DNA from: Cycas panzhihuaensis
Taxonomy: Eukaryota; Plantae; Cycadophyta
Assembly: GCA_023213395.1 (NCBI GenBank)
Contig: CM041465.1
Coordinates: 36,835,741 to 36,899,740 of the forward strand
Direction of reading: 5' to 3'
DNA length: 64,000 nt
Position 1 is the first letter of the stretch. Each line of letters opens with the position of its first letter. The notes below the pieces were generated by a model. The model did not search any database. It worked only from the letters and a program-made list of their open reading frames with translations, and had not been told where the DNA came from. Made by a program: the position numbers and the translations under genes. This document shows positions 12,280 through 27,945 of this stretch, piece after piece.

Positions 12280-15200
12280 TATGACACCTAAAGTTAAGGT
12301 ACACTTAAGGAGAAAGAGGCAAATTTCACACTACAAGTACTATTATCTTATGAGTGATAAAAGCAAGTGATGATTTTCAATAAAAAAGAACTCTTGACTT
12401 GTAATATATATTAATTTTTTTTTTCTTTTACCAAATAACAAATCAAACAAGGTGAAGTGATGCTAAATTAAATTTGCTTATTTAAATATAAAGAAACTTA
12501 AAGTGAAAGTTAAACAGGTAATTTTTTTTTTAGCATCGAGTGTCAAATAAAATTAGGATTGTCCTTAAAAAAAAACTTACATAATGATTTGGGGATCTCC
12601 CCTATTTATATATGTCAATATTGCTCCCTATTAAAAAATTGACTTAAATAATAATATTAATAATAAAATATCAATTTCTTAATATAAAAAATAATTTTAT
12701 ATGAATTTCTTAATAATAATAATCAAAAGATTGACTTCTAATAAAATACCAACTTCTCCTCATAGATAAGGATCACTACAATCCATCCTTCCTTCAAAGA
12801 ATACTTCACCCATAAGGTATTGTAACCTTGTTGTTTGGATACATGCATTTCTTTATACGGGTATTCAATCTCCCACCTACTAGGGCCAAAATATCATAGA
12901 CTTTTGATTCTCATTTATCTTGTTTTCTTAAAGTAACCCATATATATCCTCTTATTATTTGTGATATTATTCTATCTAAAATTGCTTTTATGCATGACTT
13001 TCTTTTTTATCGATCCACATACTTGTGTGTTCTAAGGCCTTACCTCCTATTTACATATTATGTCCACTCGCAATTGTTCTTAAGGGAAATCAAGGAAATG
13101 TGTGGATTATGGAAACTGTATTAGGGAGGTAGGTTTTGAGAATAAAGGGGAGGGATGTAAATATAGAATTGCATGTAAGAAATGTAGAACATGAGATGTA
13201 GATTACATGAGGGAAGATATATATAGCTACATATTAATGATAGGGAATTAAAAAGCATAAGGCATAAATGAGTTGTATAAAGGGGAGAACTAGGGGGAAT
13301 CATGTATGGGAATTTGAATGGAGAATATGATATATGACAGCTAGATTAGGTAAAGGGCAGACAAAAAGAGTTTGTGGGTGATGTTATATAGAATGAAGGG
13401 TAAGTGAATCAAAATCTATGAGCGAATTTAGAGTTTTATAAGGATAAGGGAAACAAGTGGGGAATAATGGTTAGTCGTTCCTTATAGGAAAAGGGTTTTA
13501 GGAATGGTGTGCAAAAATGATTTATAACATAATGTAAGGGGCTAAGGGGAAAGTGTATAGAGTAGTGAGAAGGTTAGTGGTAGTTAGAGTTAGGATGGAG
13601 AGGGGAAAAAGATAATTCCTTATAGAGGGAGAGTATAATGATAGTACTAAGGGTTGAAACTTGATAAGAGGGAGGGGGGGAGGGGTGGTGGAAGACGAGG
13701 AATATGGAGGTGGTGATAAAGAGACTTCCTAGGAAATAGGGTGTAAAAGGGTACTTAAAGTGGAATAAGAATTTCATACACTATGAGTAGGGGGTTGTAA
13801 TGAGCTTAATTAATATAATTAGGTATTAAAAGAATATTAATGAAGGGTGATAAGTCACACCCCTTTATACTAACAATATAAATATAATACTTATTATAGT
13901 ATTCAAGCATTAATAAAAAATATATCAAATACTATCTACGAATAATTAGGTCTTAACCAATTTCTGTCTCTTGTTTTTTAGTGTGACCAGTTAGGGTCAT
14001 CTCAAATGGTATCAGAGCCACCATCTTTGTCACAATCATCGACCTCCATTGAATACCCACATATCACTCCTTCAATCAGTTCCATAGATATAATAAGCCA
14101 TTACAAGTGGCATCTATCGCCACACAATAAACCCTTAGCCAAAATAATTTAATATGCATATTTTAATATCGATACTTATTATTATTCATTGAGGCAAGTT
14201 TTTTTGCATTGAGCTAGTCATAATTACTTTTGCATCGCCCTATTCTCAAATTGTCGTCATCTTTCTGCATTCTACTCGTCTAACATATGTTTGTCTGGTC
14301 CTTTGCAGTCCATTTACCATTTATTTAGTCATCGCAACCATTTGAGGTTAGTTATAATTCATTGAATCCTCCATAGTCATAGTTTATATCCTATAATACC
14401 TAAGTCTTTCCTTTGTTTATTCGTCTATAAGACTTCATCACCCTATTCAGTTGCTTAAATCTTCCATTCATTTGCCCTTCCACTTAACCATAGTAACATG
14501 ACATCCAAAGTTAATCATCAATAATAATTTAAACATTCATTTAGCCTTACGTCTGACCAAAGTAATACGACATCCCATTTTAATTGTTATCAATAAATTA
14601 AAATATAATGTGGTGCTTAATCTTAATATTGTAGATATATTCTTAGTCAAGTGTAACCTACCTAAATCAGCCACCCATTGGTTACATATTCATATTTTTT
14701 AAGGTCAACTTCTTCGTTGTTTTCAATAGTTCAAAACATAGCACATATTTACCTTTCAAATATTCACATCATCACTTGGTTACTTATCCATAATTGTACC
14801 CTTATAAGCTCCTTGGATTAAGTAGTATATTCATGTTGTAAGGAGGCCAATCATATATATCAAATATACTTCCCAAGCAATCAACCTTTTTTTTTTACTA
14901 TTAAAGCACTTGTGTGTAATCATAGGACGTTCCTCAAGTATGAAGAATTCCATAATCATTAGACAAACATAAAAAATGTGATTTGACTATAATCAAGTGT
15001 AAATAAGCAATCTAAAAAGATCAATATATCGATTACAAACAAAAATTAGTGGAACCATATTTACATTATTCTTTAAAAGATGGATGTCAAAAAATTATAG
15101 GGGGAAGTAACAGAAATAAAAAAGATATTAGGAATCAAATCCAAACTAGAGGAAATGAGAACAACCATAAAAGAATTAGCCATGAAAAATAAAAATTCTA

Positions 15201-18200
15201 TAAATAATAAAAAACGAAGGTGTCATTCTTTTTATCAAACACGGTGTTAATAAATATTAATAATAGAGAAGTAATCATTAAATATATGAAAGAATGGAAC
15301 CATTTACATGCATCACTAAAAAAGGATTAGATAAATGTTGACTATATAACTGCATAATTTCAAAAATACTAAAAGCCTATAACTTTAATAAGAAGAAGAA
15401 AATTGGCATACCATAATTTGACAATTCAAAGGATACTATTCATGAATGGTTACAAAAGTTAGAGATATATTCTTTATTATAGTGTATTGAGGATGATAAG
15501 GAAAGAATATTATATGTTATTATCTATATATCAAATAGCATATGATTGGTGGTTGATATGAATACAAGAGCAAGAAGAAGGCGTACATGGAACATCTTGA
15601 AAACAATTCTCTACAGCAATTGAAGAACATTTTGAAGATACATGGGACAATGATTATTTTGCTCAACTAAATAAATTATAACAAAAGGGTTTAGTAGACG
15701 AGTACTACCAAAAATTTACTAAGTTTGTTTACAAAGTGATCGACTTATTATTATCGTGAAAATTTAAATTATTCATATCAAGCCTACAACACAATATTAA
15801 AATTGATGTCAAGGCACAAAAATCCCAAGATCTCAATGAGGTTATTCGTTTAGTGAGGGGCTTTGAATCAAAATAAAAAATACTATTATCATCTACCAAT
15901 GTTAAAAAATAATGGATCTTTTCGACTGAACATGACAATGACCAAAGGAACACTTAATGAGAATAATTTATATTCTGAAAAGGGAAATAATCCATGAAAA
16001 TATCTCAAATTAATAGAAATATATAAAAAAAATATTGGCAGAAAGGTACTTATTATTCATATAATGAAAAAGAGGAAAAAAGACACAAGTGTCAAGAATA
16101 GAGACTATACTTATTAGATATTATTAATGAAGAAATAATAGATGAAATGTCTGAAGTAGTAGAGGAAGGGGATCACGTAAATGATAATCAACATTTTAAG
16201 GAAGAACCTATAAAGTCCTCATTAGTAATGTCAAGAATAGCGAGACCTGCAACTCTAAAAATTAAAGGATTTGTTAGAAGAAAGGGGTTAATTATTCTAA
16301 TTGATTCAAGAAGTATCCATAATTTTATCGATCCCCACTATGGCCATAATTTATAATTACAAGTTACAAAAATATTTACCTTCGAAGTTCAAGTTAGTGG
16401 TCATAAACAAATACGAGACAAAGGTATTTTGAAAGATCTTAAAATCTCCTTAGGTGATTATACCTTAAGAGTAGACTTTTTCATTATTAAAATTAGAGGA
16501 GTTGATGTGGTACAAAGGAGTCAATGGTTAAGAACCCTAGGTACTTATGAAATAAATTTATAAGAAATGTTTATGAGATTTAAAGAAGATGATAAAACCA
16601 TCACATTATAGGGAATGATGACTTCTAATTCTTAACAAGAAACTTTGTATCAGATGAATAAATTACTCTGTAAAGGATATCTAAGGTATGTGATAATTAG
16701 TCTCAATAAAAATAGAAGATAATAAGTAGGAATATATGGATAATCAAATGAAAAATCTAATTGATAAACATAAAATTGTATTCTAAGAACTTACGGCTAC
16801 CTTACCCCTTGATCATAATATGGAATATATAATTGAATTAGAAATAAATGTAACTCATCATAATCAAACCATATTGACATTCCTATAAACATAAAAATGA
16901 AATTGAATGTATAATTCATGAACTATTAGAACTTAGAGTAATTACTTAAAGTAAAAGTCCTTTTGTTGTTCATGTAGTCTTAGTAAGAAAGAAAGATGAC
17001 TCTTTTTTAATGTGTATTGATTATCGTGCTCTCAATAAAATTACCCTAAAAAATAGATTTCTCATAGCATGAATTAATGAGTTTCTTGATGGATGGACTA
17101 TATGGTGCTTAATAATTTATAAAGCTAGACCTTAGATTAAGTTATTATTAGATTAAGATAAGAGAAGAAAATATACATAAAATAATATTTTTCATACACA
17201 AAGGACATTATAAATTGAAAGTAATGCCATTCGATCTATGTAATGCACCTGCTACCTTCGAGGCAACAATGAATAAAATTTTTTCATATTTTTTTAAGAA
17301 ATTTGTATTGGTGTTTTTTAATGATATTTATAATAAAAGGAAAATCATCTCATCCATATGGACAAAGTCCTGAACATATTACAAGAACAATTTTTTTTAT
17401 AAAAAAAATCTAAATGTAGCTTTGATAAATAATAAATAGATTATCTCCAAAAATAGAGTTATAGTTGACTAAGACAAAATCAAAGTTATAATACAATGGC
17501 TTGTTCCACATACCATTAAAATGTTAAGAGGATTCTTGGGATTTATTAGATATTATCATCAATTTGTAAAAAACTATACATATATGACTACCACCTTGAC
17601 CAATCTTCTCAAAAAAGAATCTTTTATGGAATGATGTAGTACAATCCTATTTTGAAAACCTTAAATTAATTATGACATCCTTACCCTTATTAGTGACTCT
17701 GGATTTTACAAAAACTTTCACCATAGAATACGATGCATCAAGGGTAGGTATTAGGGCTATTCTAATATAGGAGGGACAACCTATTGCTTATGAAAGTTAA
17801 CAATTAAATGATCGAGAAAAACTTAAAACTACCTACGACAAGGAAATATTAGCTATTATGTGTGCCTTATATAAATAGCAATAATATTTACTAGCCAGTA
17901 AACTCCTAGTAAAAATAGACCATAATAGCCTTTAATACTTTTTGAAACAACAAGATTTATCAACCAAACAAAAAAAATGAGTCACTAAACTACAAATCTA
18001 TGATTTTAATATTTGTTATAAAAAGGGAAAAACAAATGTGGTGGTTAACGTATTATTACATCGACATAAAGGAATCTAACTTCAAATTATTATTACGATC
18101 AATCATGGGTGGTTATATGATATAAGGGTTGAATATGCTAAGGATTTTAATATAATCCAATTAATCAATAAAATCCAAAAAGAACCACAAGAAAATTTTG

Positions 18201-21050
18201 AATAGAAAAATGATGTTTTATAGTATAAAGTTCAAATTTACCTTGAAAAAAATTAAAATTTAAATAAAAATTTTGAAATAAGGACATATAGTATTAACAG
18301 TAATGCATACAGGATTTTTTTAAAATTATCGCCAAATAAGACAATTATTCTTTTGGAAGGGTACAAAAAATGAAATCTAGAAATTTGTTAGTGAATGTGA
18401 AGTGTGTCAAACTTCTAAATATGAAAATATTCTTTCACTAGGATCGTTACAACCACTACCAATTTTGCATATAACATGGGAAAATATAAGTATAGATTTT
18501 ATCACAGAATTATTAAGATCAAATAATAAAGATTGTATTTATGTAGTGGTTGATTGATTAACTAAATATAATTATTTTATAAATATATAAAGTGGTTCTA
18601 AAGCTTATCAAATTACATCAATATTTATGAAAAAGATTCATAGACTCCACAGATTATCAAAAATCATTATTAACGATAGGGATCCAAAATTCCAAAGTAA
18701 ATTTTGATAAAAATTCTCTAAATAACTCAACACTACCTTAAATATGAGTACTAGTTAGCATCCTCAAATAAATAGTTAAATTGAAATCATTAATAAATGC
18801 CTAGAAGTTTATCCTTAAATCTTTGAAGTAGACAAACCAAGTCACTAATTTAAATGGTTATAATTAGCCAAATGATGATATAACACAACTTATCATATGT
18901 CCATTAAATGATTCCTTTCCAAGTCCTATATGGTTATGAACCTGCATCAATGAAAGATTGGGCAAGTACAAACTCATGTATTCCAATAATTAATGATTAT
19001 TTGCAAGAATAAAAAAATATAATCACCTTATTATGAGCACATCTTTCTAATGCCTAAAATAAAATAAAATAACAAGTCAATTTATATTGTGCTAAACGAG
19101 AATTTTTAGAAGGTGATTGGGTTTATTTATGCCTATAACCATACAAGCAAACATCCTTGAAAAAATCAAAGAAAGAGAAACTTAACCCATGATTTTACGG
19201 TCCATATTGCATAAGGAAAAGAGTGGGAGAAGTCACTTATGCCTTTGATTTACCTTCTACCACTCACATTCATAACATTTTTCATGTTTCTTGTTTAAAA
19301 TGAAGACTAAGAACATGAATACCTATACAAATTGAACTTCTAATATTAAATGAAGAGGGTACACTTCTCCTAATCCTTGAAGTTATCCTCAAAGTACGAA
19401 ACTATCATCTATGATCCAGAACCATTAACAAGTATCTTATCAAGTGGCAAAAACATCCAGAAGAAGATACCTTATGGGAATCTGTATCTATTATAAAAAA
19501 ATCCTCATTTATGAGATCAAGTTTATAATGCTTTGAGAGCAAAGTATTTTTGGAAGAGAGAGCTTATAAAGAGTCTAATTAATAATATTAAGCATTAAAA
19601 GAATATTAATGAAGGTTGATAAGTCACATCCCTTCATACCAATAATATAAATACGACACTTGCTATAATATTTGGGTATTAATCAATAATATGTCAAATA
19701 TTATCTATGGATAATTAGGTCTTGACCAATTCATGTCTCTTGTTTTTTAGTGTGACTAGTCAGGGTCACTTCAAGGGCTTAGGGCTTCAAGTTCTAGTTC
19801 ATTTATAGGATTTTGTGGTATAAGGGAGAAGGGAACTTTTAAGGCTACAGAACTTGAGAAATTAAGATAAACATAAAAGTTTTTCAAAGAAATAAGAAAA
19901 TGAAAGATAAGATTGGAATTTAAATCAAGTGCCTTTTTAGAAACATCTTAGATCTCAACTTCTTCCTCAAGCCACTCATTGACGAGTGTTTCTTTATTTA
20001 ATTCATGCAAGTTATTTATTGTTTCATTGTACTGCTCATGGATAAGATTCTCACTATATTATTCTACTTATTCAATTTGATCACCTAGCTCTTTCTACAT
20101 GCCACTTACTCTTTTTTTATATTTCTCCTAGATAGACAACTTGCTAAATTGTTTTTCCCCTTTATTAGTTATTTCTTTTATTTCCCTTACATACTATTTC
20201 ATACTTTTTTTAAAAGCTTTAGTCTAACTAAATTTTTTTAAAGTGCTTCTTAATGGTATTTTCCATTGTCTTCCTTTCAACATTTATTCTGACAATTTGT
20301 AAAGTCTTCTCTAATGTAGTTCATTCAATGTTCATATGATGACCTTATAATTTTTCCATCCAATCTTATGAAAAAAAAAATTAGAAAAGTATTCCCAATC
20401 AAGACAATATCATAAAAGTTCACCAACAACCTACTCCTAAGCTTGTTCACCCATATATTCTTAAATATATGAAGAAAATAATCTTCTTTCCTTACAGGGT
20501 TGAATATTAAAGCCATTTTTGACCTTATCCAACCACTCTATAGATAATACTTCTCCATCTTCAATAAAAGTAGGAATATCTAGGTACATCTTTAGATATT
20601 AACTTTAAATAATAATTATTATATTAAATCATATCTAAATTACATTAAATAATAGCTTAAAATAATGGCCTCTAAATCAAAATTCTAATGTTTTAAACAA
20701 AATCAAATTCTAATACCTATAGCAGAAGTTATGGCCCTTTTAATGCAGCATGTGATTAAAGTTTTTGAGGATTATAATAGTACCTCTTACTAAAATATTA
20801 ATAACTTTATACTCTTATATTTAATGGATTTAAAATCACGTCAAACAAAAAGTAGACATTGAAATAAATTCAAGAAAATAAATTGAGGTCAATCGAATAC
20901 ATGTAGTTAAAGTTATAGTTGTTTGAAGTTACAATACTAGATTTTAGCACTAAAGATAATGATAGACGATAAGTTAAAACTAAATTCCCTATAATTTTCT
21001 TAATTTTGCTCCACTTTCCTTTCTACTTGAAAATAAAATACAAATATTGG
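12280..21050 (-). mobile_element. Non-autonomous gag-remnant LTR element (TR-GAG/LARD-like), copy 1, split by a Gypsy insertion
   Basis: Minus-strand 3' LTR begins tgtagtgatcc at 12780 after gggtgaagtattctttgaaggaagg (compare 36640-36668). Gag-like IPTFIEDGEVLSIEWLDKV at about 20510-20590. Shares the taacttcaaa...ataactt..actaca(g/t)gtat motif with 34361. Ends are approximate. Confidence 0.6.
13796..19773 (+). mobile_element. Full-length but decayed Ty3/Gypsy chromovirus (Reina-like, short LTRs)
   Basis: Colinear LTRs 13796-14004 and 19565-19773. PBS TGGTATCAGAGC 14007-14018. Gag remnant, PR (ILIDSRSIHNFID, 16147-16356), RT (VMPFDLCNAPATF), RH (IEYDAS), INT, chromodomain (YLIKWQKHPEEDTLWES, about 19430-19485). 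PPT before 19565. Degenerate TSD ggggt/agggc. Confidence 0.93.
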
Positions 21051-21649
21051 TAACTCGTACCCCCATATTGTCTCACTACACAACCAAAACAAAGAAACAA
21101 AATACCTTGCTTTATCTCTTACACCTAGCCTCGTCTAAGGTGTAGGCGCCTTAGAGACACCACCCCCCAAGGTCTTCTTTTTCCTTCTTAATAAAGCCTC
21201 TCTTTGCTTTACCTTTAGCTCAAAGTTGGCCTTTTAGCCCAACTTCTCCTTCATCATTCGTATTACTAGCCACCTGCTACTTATGTGTAAGTCTTTTCTT
21301 CTTTCGCTTAGGACCTACTCCACTCACTCTCTCTTCGCGGGAGGGGTGTGTCTCACCTATATCCTCCTTCCTTGGCTATCTAGGATAGGAGGGTCTTTCT
21401 TGAAGCTACTCAACAAATCAAGGAAGTCCCTCACTTTCCCATCCTGAATCAAGATGGTGATTACCTCGAAAGGAAGTTTATATACCATTTGCGGGTCCAC
21501 GAACTTGCATTCTAATGCATGGATGCCTTTTGTGGGTGATCATTTCCCTCGCCCATGTAGATCCTTTAGCCACAAAATCATTAATTGCATTGGATTAATC
21601 TATTCAAATCTAATGACCCCCAGAGGTGTGATTCCAACATCCAAAGATT

Positions 21650-24614
21650 TTTAAATTACTCATATTTGGTTTGCATCTTATCTAGGCCTCTTCTAGTGTA
21701 GTTTAATCTAGGGCTTAAGTTGGACTTCAATTTATTACATATCTAGTTGTATTTTTTACTTTTGCTCAATATGTCCTTAAGATCTACCTTCCTTGGATCA
21801 TATCGCATGGCATCTCCATGATTGTTTAGTTCTTGCACTCTACTACTCAGTTAGACTGTAATGTATTTGGAGTTGTGAGTTGTTTGTGAATACCATGAAA
21901 CTTGTAAAACTTCAAGAATTCTTTTGAGATGTATTCTCCACTTCCATTAGACCTAATGTATTTTATTTTATCTCTACATTCAAGTTCAACTTTTGCCTTG
22001 AATTTTTTGAAGACTTTATATTTACTATAAAGAAAGTAAATACACACTTTTCTAAAGAAATCGTTAATGAAGGTGAGAAAGTATCTAACTCCATTTATGG
22101 AACATGGAGTGACTATCCCATATAGGTATATGTGAATTAATTCTAACTTATTTTTTGCTCTCCATTCACTTTTTTTAAAAGGAAAACGATGATATTTTCT
22201 AAGTAACATTTACAAACCAGAGGATGAAATGAAACATTAGGAAGACCAGTAGCCATTCTTGATTTACGTAATAATTCTAATTTATCTGAGGAGATATGCA
22301 CAAACTCCAAATGCAAGAATTTGTTATTATCAATATTAACAGTAGTGTATGCTTTTACATCTTTGTTTTTAACAACATGGTTAGAAAGTAATCTGTACAG
22401 ATCATTGCTTTTAATTCCCTTAATAATTTAAATACCACCCTTTTTCATGTCTAGAATATGACAATAACCTTTTCTATTTTTTTCTTATGGAGCTAAGAAA
22501 TAAACAAAAAATTCTTTTTGAGTCTAGGCACAAATAGTATATTACTAAATTTTTGAATGATACCTTTTACTTCAACAACTATAGTCTTGACCCTTCTTAT
22601 GTCAAGATGGTATTTATCTCCTAACTTAATTGATTTGTTAGGAGAATAAGGTTTGAGTGTTTCAAACAAATCTTTATGCTTGGTCATGTGCCTAGAAGTG
22701 CCAGAATCAATGCACCATACTTCTTTATCTTTAAGACTTACAGTCAGTGCAACTATAAAAGTTGTTTCCTCTTCGTCTTCATCACGACTAGTTTGACCCT
22801 TACTATAGTTGCTTGCTAGTCTTTTCCCTCTCTAGCTATATGCTCTTTCTTATGAGAATTAATAAGGATAATGTCTAAATTGTCTGCTATGATAATAGAC
22901 ATCAAAGAATCTATAGTTACTGGAGAAATTCCTAGGCTCCTCGTTATTAAAACAGGCACTAACATCCCTCGAAGGGATTGAGCATCCTTGACCTTAGTTC
23001 TCTTATCCTCTTCCTCTAAATTGGCCTCTTATATCTATCATTCAATAACATCCATAAACTTATCCTCTTCGTCTTGGTCCTAAATTAAGTTTAGTCAGGA
23101 AATCATCTTCTATCTCTATCTTATCTTCATAACACTTATTTCTATGTTCTTGTCTTAAAAGCAACCATGTCAAGGTATCAAGAGCCATTATTGTAATTTG
23201 ATCATTATTTGTTATAGTATTAACTATGTTGTCAAAAGATTTTGGAAGTTTGCTTGTAATCATTTTAATAATTTTTTGATCTAATATATCTGCTCTTGCA
23301 CTTAATAGATCATTTCTGATTGAGGTGACCTTGTGAATAAATTTTAAAATAGTTTATGTTTCTTTCATTTACAACTTGAATAATTCTTCATTAAGAGCTA
23401 TAATTTTAGCACGATTCTTTTGATTGTATAGATTTATAAATACCTTCCAAATTTCAAGAGAGGAAATTAACTTTGTAACATAAATAAGAAGGGGATTATA
23501 AATACATAGTTTTAATATTATCACCCTTACATTATCCCATTCATCCTAATTAGTCTAGGCAACACCGATAGTATCAAGTTTTTTCTCTACCTTAGTTACT
23601 ATATTATAGGTATTCTCAGCTCTTAACAAGGTCTCAACCTTGATTTTCCATACATGATAGTTCGTCTTTGTCAATTTATCATGTTCACTAAGTGCCAAAA
23701 TAGAGGAGGCTATTATTTTTATAAAATTCAAGTAGTAACAATTAAAGTTATATAGATGACAATAAAAAGTATATGAAATTAAAGAATTTTTTGTAAGGAT
23801 TCTGAATATGTATCTCTCTGAAATAGATTTACTTTTGTTTAAGAGTAATCGGCCTTGAAATATAGAAAAGGGCAGTTAGGATTTTTACAAAAAATGCTTA
23901 AAACTTTAAAAACCTACATTCAATCTTCTTGAACTTGTAATTAATCAATTTGTATTAATGAAACGAAGATAATAAAGCAAATATTACCCAATTTTGGGAC
24001 AGATTTGATCTAAATAAATGATTTCCTCCTCTACAAACTTATATGGTTAAAAATTAGGCAAAATGACCATGAAAATGGCCTTGAATCTTATCAACATATA
24101 AGGAAAAGATGATGAGAATGATGAGATCTATTTGTTAGTAAATTTTTATGAGAATCTAAGCACTTCAAAATTTTGGCCATCTATATGTCTGTATAATTCT
24201 GTACTTATCCATACACATGCAATTAATTTGTTGGTATTCGTTGAATGCTTGATAATACTTTCATAGACAAATCTTATTCTTCAATTTTATAGATTTGTCT
24301 TCTTTGACAAACAATATTTTCTTCTTTAATTTCACAGAAAACTCTGACCTAACAAGAAACTTCTCCTCAAATAGGTGAATTAACTTACTATGATACCATG
24401 TTACGATTCACACTGAAATAAGTGAAAATATCAATGAATTAATTATGGAGAGTTCAACTCTCTTAAATATACATCAAGTAGTTTTAACAATTATATGTCT
24501 AAATGTCAGTTATCAAACATTTGGCACATTTACATAAGGGGGTTTTAATACATGACCCGTATGTATCTTAGTAATAAAATATTACAAATAATGATAAAAT
24601 ATTATATCTTAACA
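21650..24614 (-). mobile_element. Truncated Copia (short-LTR family): 5' LTR, PBS, gag, PR, partial INT
   Basis: LTR 24399-24614 and PBS TGGTATCA ending at 24398. ORFs 23060-23263 (LPKSFDNIV, gag), 22493-22687 (PR region) and 21847-22209 (INT) are homologous to 61836-63633. Confidence 0.9.
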
Positions 24615-24639
24615 TTAACTCATGTGTTAAAATTTGTTT

Positions 24640-25800
24640 CTTGATATGGAGCATGTGATGCCCAAAGTTATCTTTAATGAGAACAAGTTTAATGACTCGA
24701 AGGCCAAAATGGAGTTAGTATTAATGGTGAGTCAACTCTAGGCAATTACTAAGGTGAAGTTGGATGCGATCTTTCTTGATCATAAAGAATATGTGTGACT
24801 TAAGGAGAAGTAATTTATGGACGTTAGATTATTAAAACTATCACTAGTGCCAAACCAAAGAACTTTGGTTGATAACTTGGAGTAGCCAGATAAAATCTAG
24901 GCAAAACTATGTGAATTTTTTGAGAAAAAGAAGACAAATAGACGTTTAGCCCTAATGTTGGAGCTTCTCAATTCTAGAGTAGAAGATGAGACCAACATTA
25001 ACTCCTACTTGAATAAAATCATTGACTTGAGGAATAAGTTAGAAGATTTGAAGCTAAATTTAATTGATGATATATTTTTGTTTGCGATAATCATGTTAAC
25101 ATTGCCAGTTGTTTTTACCACTTTTTAAACCATTTATGGTAGAGATGAGGTGATGGAGGCAGAGACCTTTAATGGCATAAAGAACCTTATTCTAATAGAG
25201 GATGCCAAGTTAAAACATCATGGGATGCTTGGAGGTTTCAAGTTGAGTTAGGCCTTAGTCATAAAGTCATAGAGGAGAGAAGTCATTTAATAGGAGAAGT
25301 TCATACATAGGTCTAAGGAAGACTCTCAGGAGAAGAATAAATTTAATGGTAAATATAACTACTACAAGAAGGAAGGCCACAAAGGGAAGAATTATTGGTT
25401 TAAGAGATGGGATAAACATAGAGTTAGCTACGATGATAAAAGGAAGAGCATTGCAGTACATTTTGTTAAAGTGTTAGCCTTGTCAGCCAAGCAAAATTAG
25501 AGAGACTATTAGATTTTAAATACTAAATCACAGAAGCATAACTTTGATATATAGAGTGGAAATCATAGTGATGCAATGATCATCCTTGGAGATGAACACA
25601 TTTTATCAGTGGAAGGTGTTAGCAAAGTTTCCTTTATAAGTGGTAAGTTTACAGGGGTATATTATATACCCAAGATATAATTAAATTTGCTCTTAGCTTG
25701 AGAAATCTATAAATAAGGAATGAAGGTGGAGCTTTATCATGATAGATGTCTAATTAAGGATCCTAAGTAAAATTTCTTTATCATTGTTACTAGTAAGGTC
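24640..25800 (+). mobile_element. Decayed Copia gag/protease fragment of a different family
   Basis: Reads MPKVIFNENKFNDSKAKMELVL...W(*)AKLCEFFEKK...LPVVFTTF, then a decayed zinc knuckle and a protease-region sequence. Confidence 0.6.
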
Positions 25801-27945
25801 AGAAAAGTATAGAATGTATAATGGTTGGCTATAGCTCAAAATCAAAAGCATATAGATGCATGGATCCAAAAACTAACAAATTCCATATTAGTAGAGACAT
25901 TGTGTTTAATGAAGATCCAGGAAAAAGTCAAAGAGAATATCAAGAAATAGAGGCATTAACAAAGACTGCAGATAAACAATCCTCTATATCCTTAGAAGAC
26001 AAGTCTGACATCACATCTAAAGATATTGAAGAGCATTCTCCAAGGAGTGAAGAAGATATTTCTCACATTCAAGATGAAGAGTACAGGGATATTTATGAAT
26101 AAGAAACCCCAAAAAGGTTTCCAAAATGGTATCTCAAAACCATTGAAGAAAATAAAGGAGACATCTATGAGCATAAGACCAGGTCATAGAGACACCAAGC
26201 CTTATCATGCTCTCTGGAACCAGTAAATTATGAAGAGGCAAGTAGAAATGCAGAATGGAAAGCTACCATGAATGAAGAAATTACTGCAATTCAGAAAAAT
26301 CAAACTTGGGAACTAGTGGAATGTCCAAAAAATAAACCCATAGTAAACTACAATGGGTTTACAAAATCAAAGAGAAATCCAATGGAGAAATAGAAAGATA
26401 TAAAGCAAGGTTGGTTATTAAAGGATATACTCAAACAATAGGTATAGATTATGAAGAAACCTTCTTGCCAGTAGCAAAGCTGACTGTAATAAAGGCAATA
26501 ATAGCCTTACCTTCTCAACAAAATGGAAGATTTATCAGCTAGATGTAAAAAGTGCATTTTTAAATGGAGAACTAAAGGAAGAGGTATATATGTATCAACC
26601 TGAAGGCTATTGTAAACCAGGGCAAGAAAATCTAATATGCAGGTTAAAAAAGGCTCTCTGTGGACTCAAACAAGCTCCCAGAGCTTGGTGTATGAAATTG
26701 GATCAGTATCTAATACACAACAACTTTCACAGATGCGAGTAAGATCCAAGTCTATATGTAAAACTCAACAGAGGAAAGGTAACAATTATTGCAGTATATA
26801 TAGATGACATGCTACTCATAAGAAATGATGATGGATCAATTATATCTATCAAAAACTAGCTTGAAAAGGTTTTTGAGATGACTGATTTGGAAATTCTCCA
26901 TTACTATCTTGGAATAGAAGTAAATCAGACAAGTGATTTCATTAGATTATCTCAATCCAAATACATAAAGAACATACTCAAAAATTTCAATATGGAGAAC
27001 TGCAATAGCTATGCCACACCAATGGAAACCAACTGTATTCTGAGCTCAAATATAGAAGAATAAAAGGTAGATGCCACCTTATATAGATAATTAGTCAGAA
27101 GTCTGATCTATCTCACTGCCACTAGACCAGATATAGCCCTTTCTGTAGGAGTAATTTCCAAATTCATGCAAGAACCAAAAGTCTCTCATTGGAATGCAAT
27201 AAAATGAATACTCAGATATCTGAAAGGAATTATAAATCTTAAGTTAACATACAATCAAAACAAAAACATAGTTTTATCTTGACATAGTGATTTAGATTGG
27301 GCAGGTGACAAGACAGAAAGAAAATCTACTACAGGGTATTGTTTCTTCTTGGGATCAACAACAATCTCATGGAATAGCAAAAAATAATCCAAAATAGTAT
27401 TGTCATCTCTGATGTGAGTACAAATCAGTCATGCAACACAATAAAGCCATTTGGATCAGATAGCTATTGAAAGATCTTGGACAAAAACAAATAGGATCAA
27501 CTACTCTGTTTTATGATAATCAAAGCACTATCAAGATGACAAAAAATCCTATGTTTCATGCAAGAACAAAACCCATAGAAATTCATCATCACTTCATCAT
27601 AGAGAAGGTTCAAAATAAAGAAATTGAGTTCATATGCTACAAATTAGAAGATCAAACAATAGATATCTTCATAAAAGCCTTGAGTAGAAGTAAATTTTAA
27701 ATTTTCAGAGACAAATTAGGACTAAAAGATAAAACATTAAGAGAGGGTGTAAAAAGTAATGTTTTATCTTAAGTAACTTAGACTCATTTATAATTGTACC
27801 ATGTGGCATAAAGTCATTTATTAGTATTTAGGTGGTTGATAAACCAATTTGAAACTGTCTCTCATATGTACAATATAAATGAGTGATAGACATTATAATA
27901 ATGTGTATCTTTTGACAGAAATAAAGATTGAATAGTTTTTCAATA
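25801..27945 (+). mobile_element. Copia (short-LTR family) 3' half: INT end, RT, RNase H, PPT, 3' LTR 27748-~27945
   Basis: [47 protein letters not shown] aagagaggg is followed by tgtaaaaagtaa at 27748. Confidence 0.9.

Noticed and set aside
14007-14018. TGGTATCAGAGC motifs as tRNA genes
   Set aside because: These are primer-binding sites complementary to the tRNA-iMet 3' end; there is no cloverleaf.
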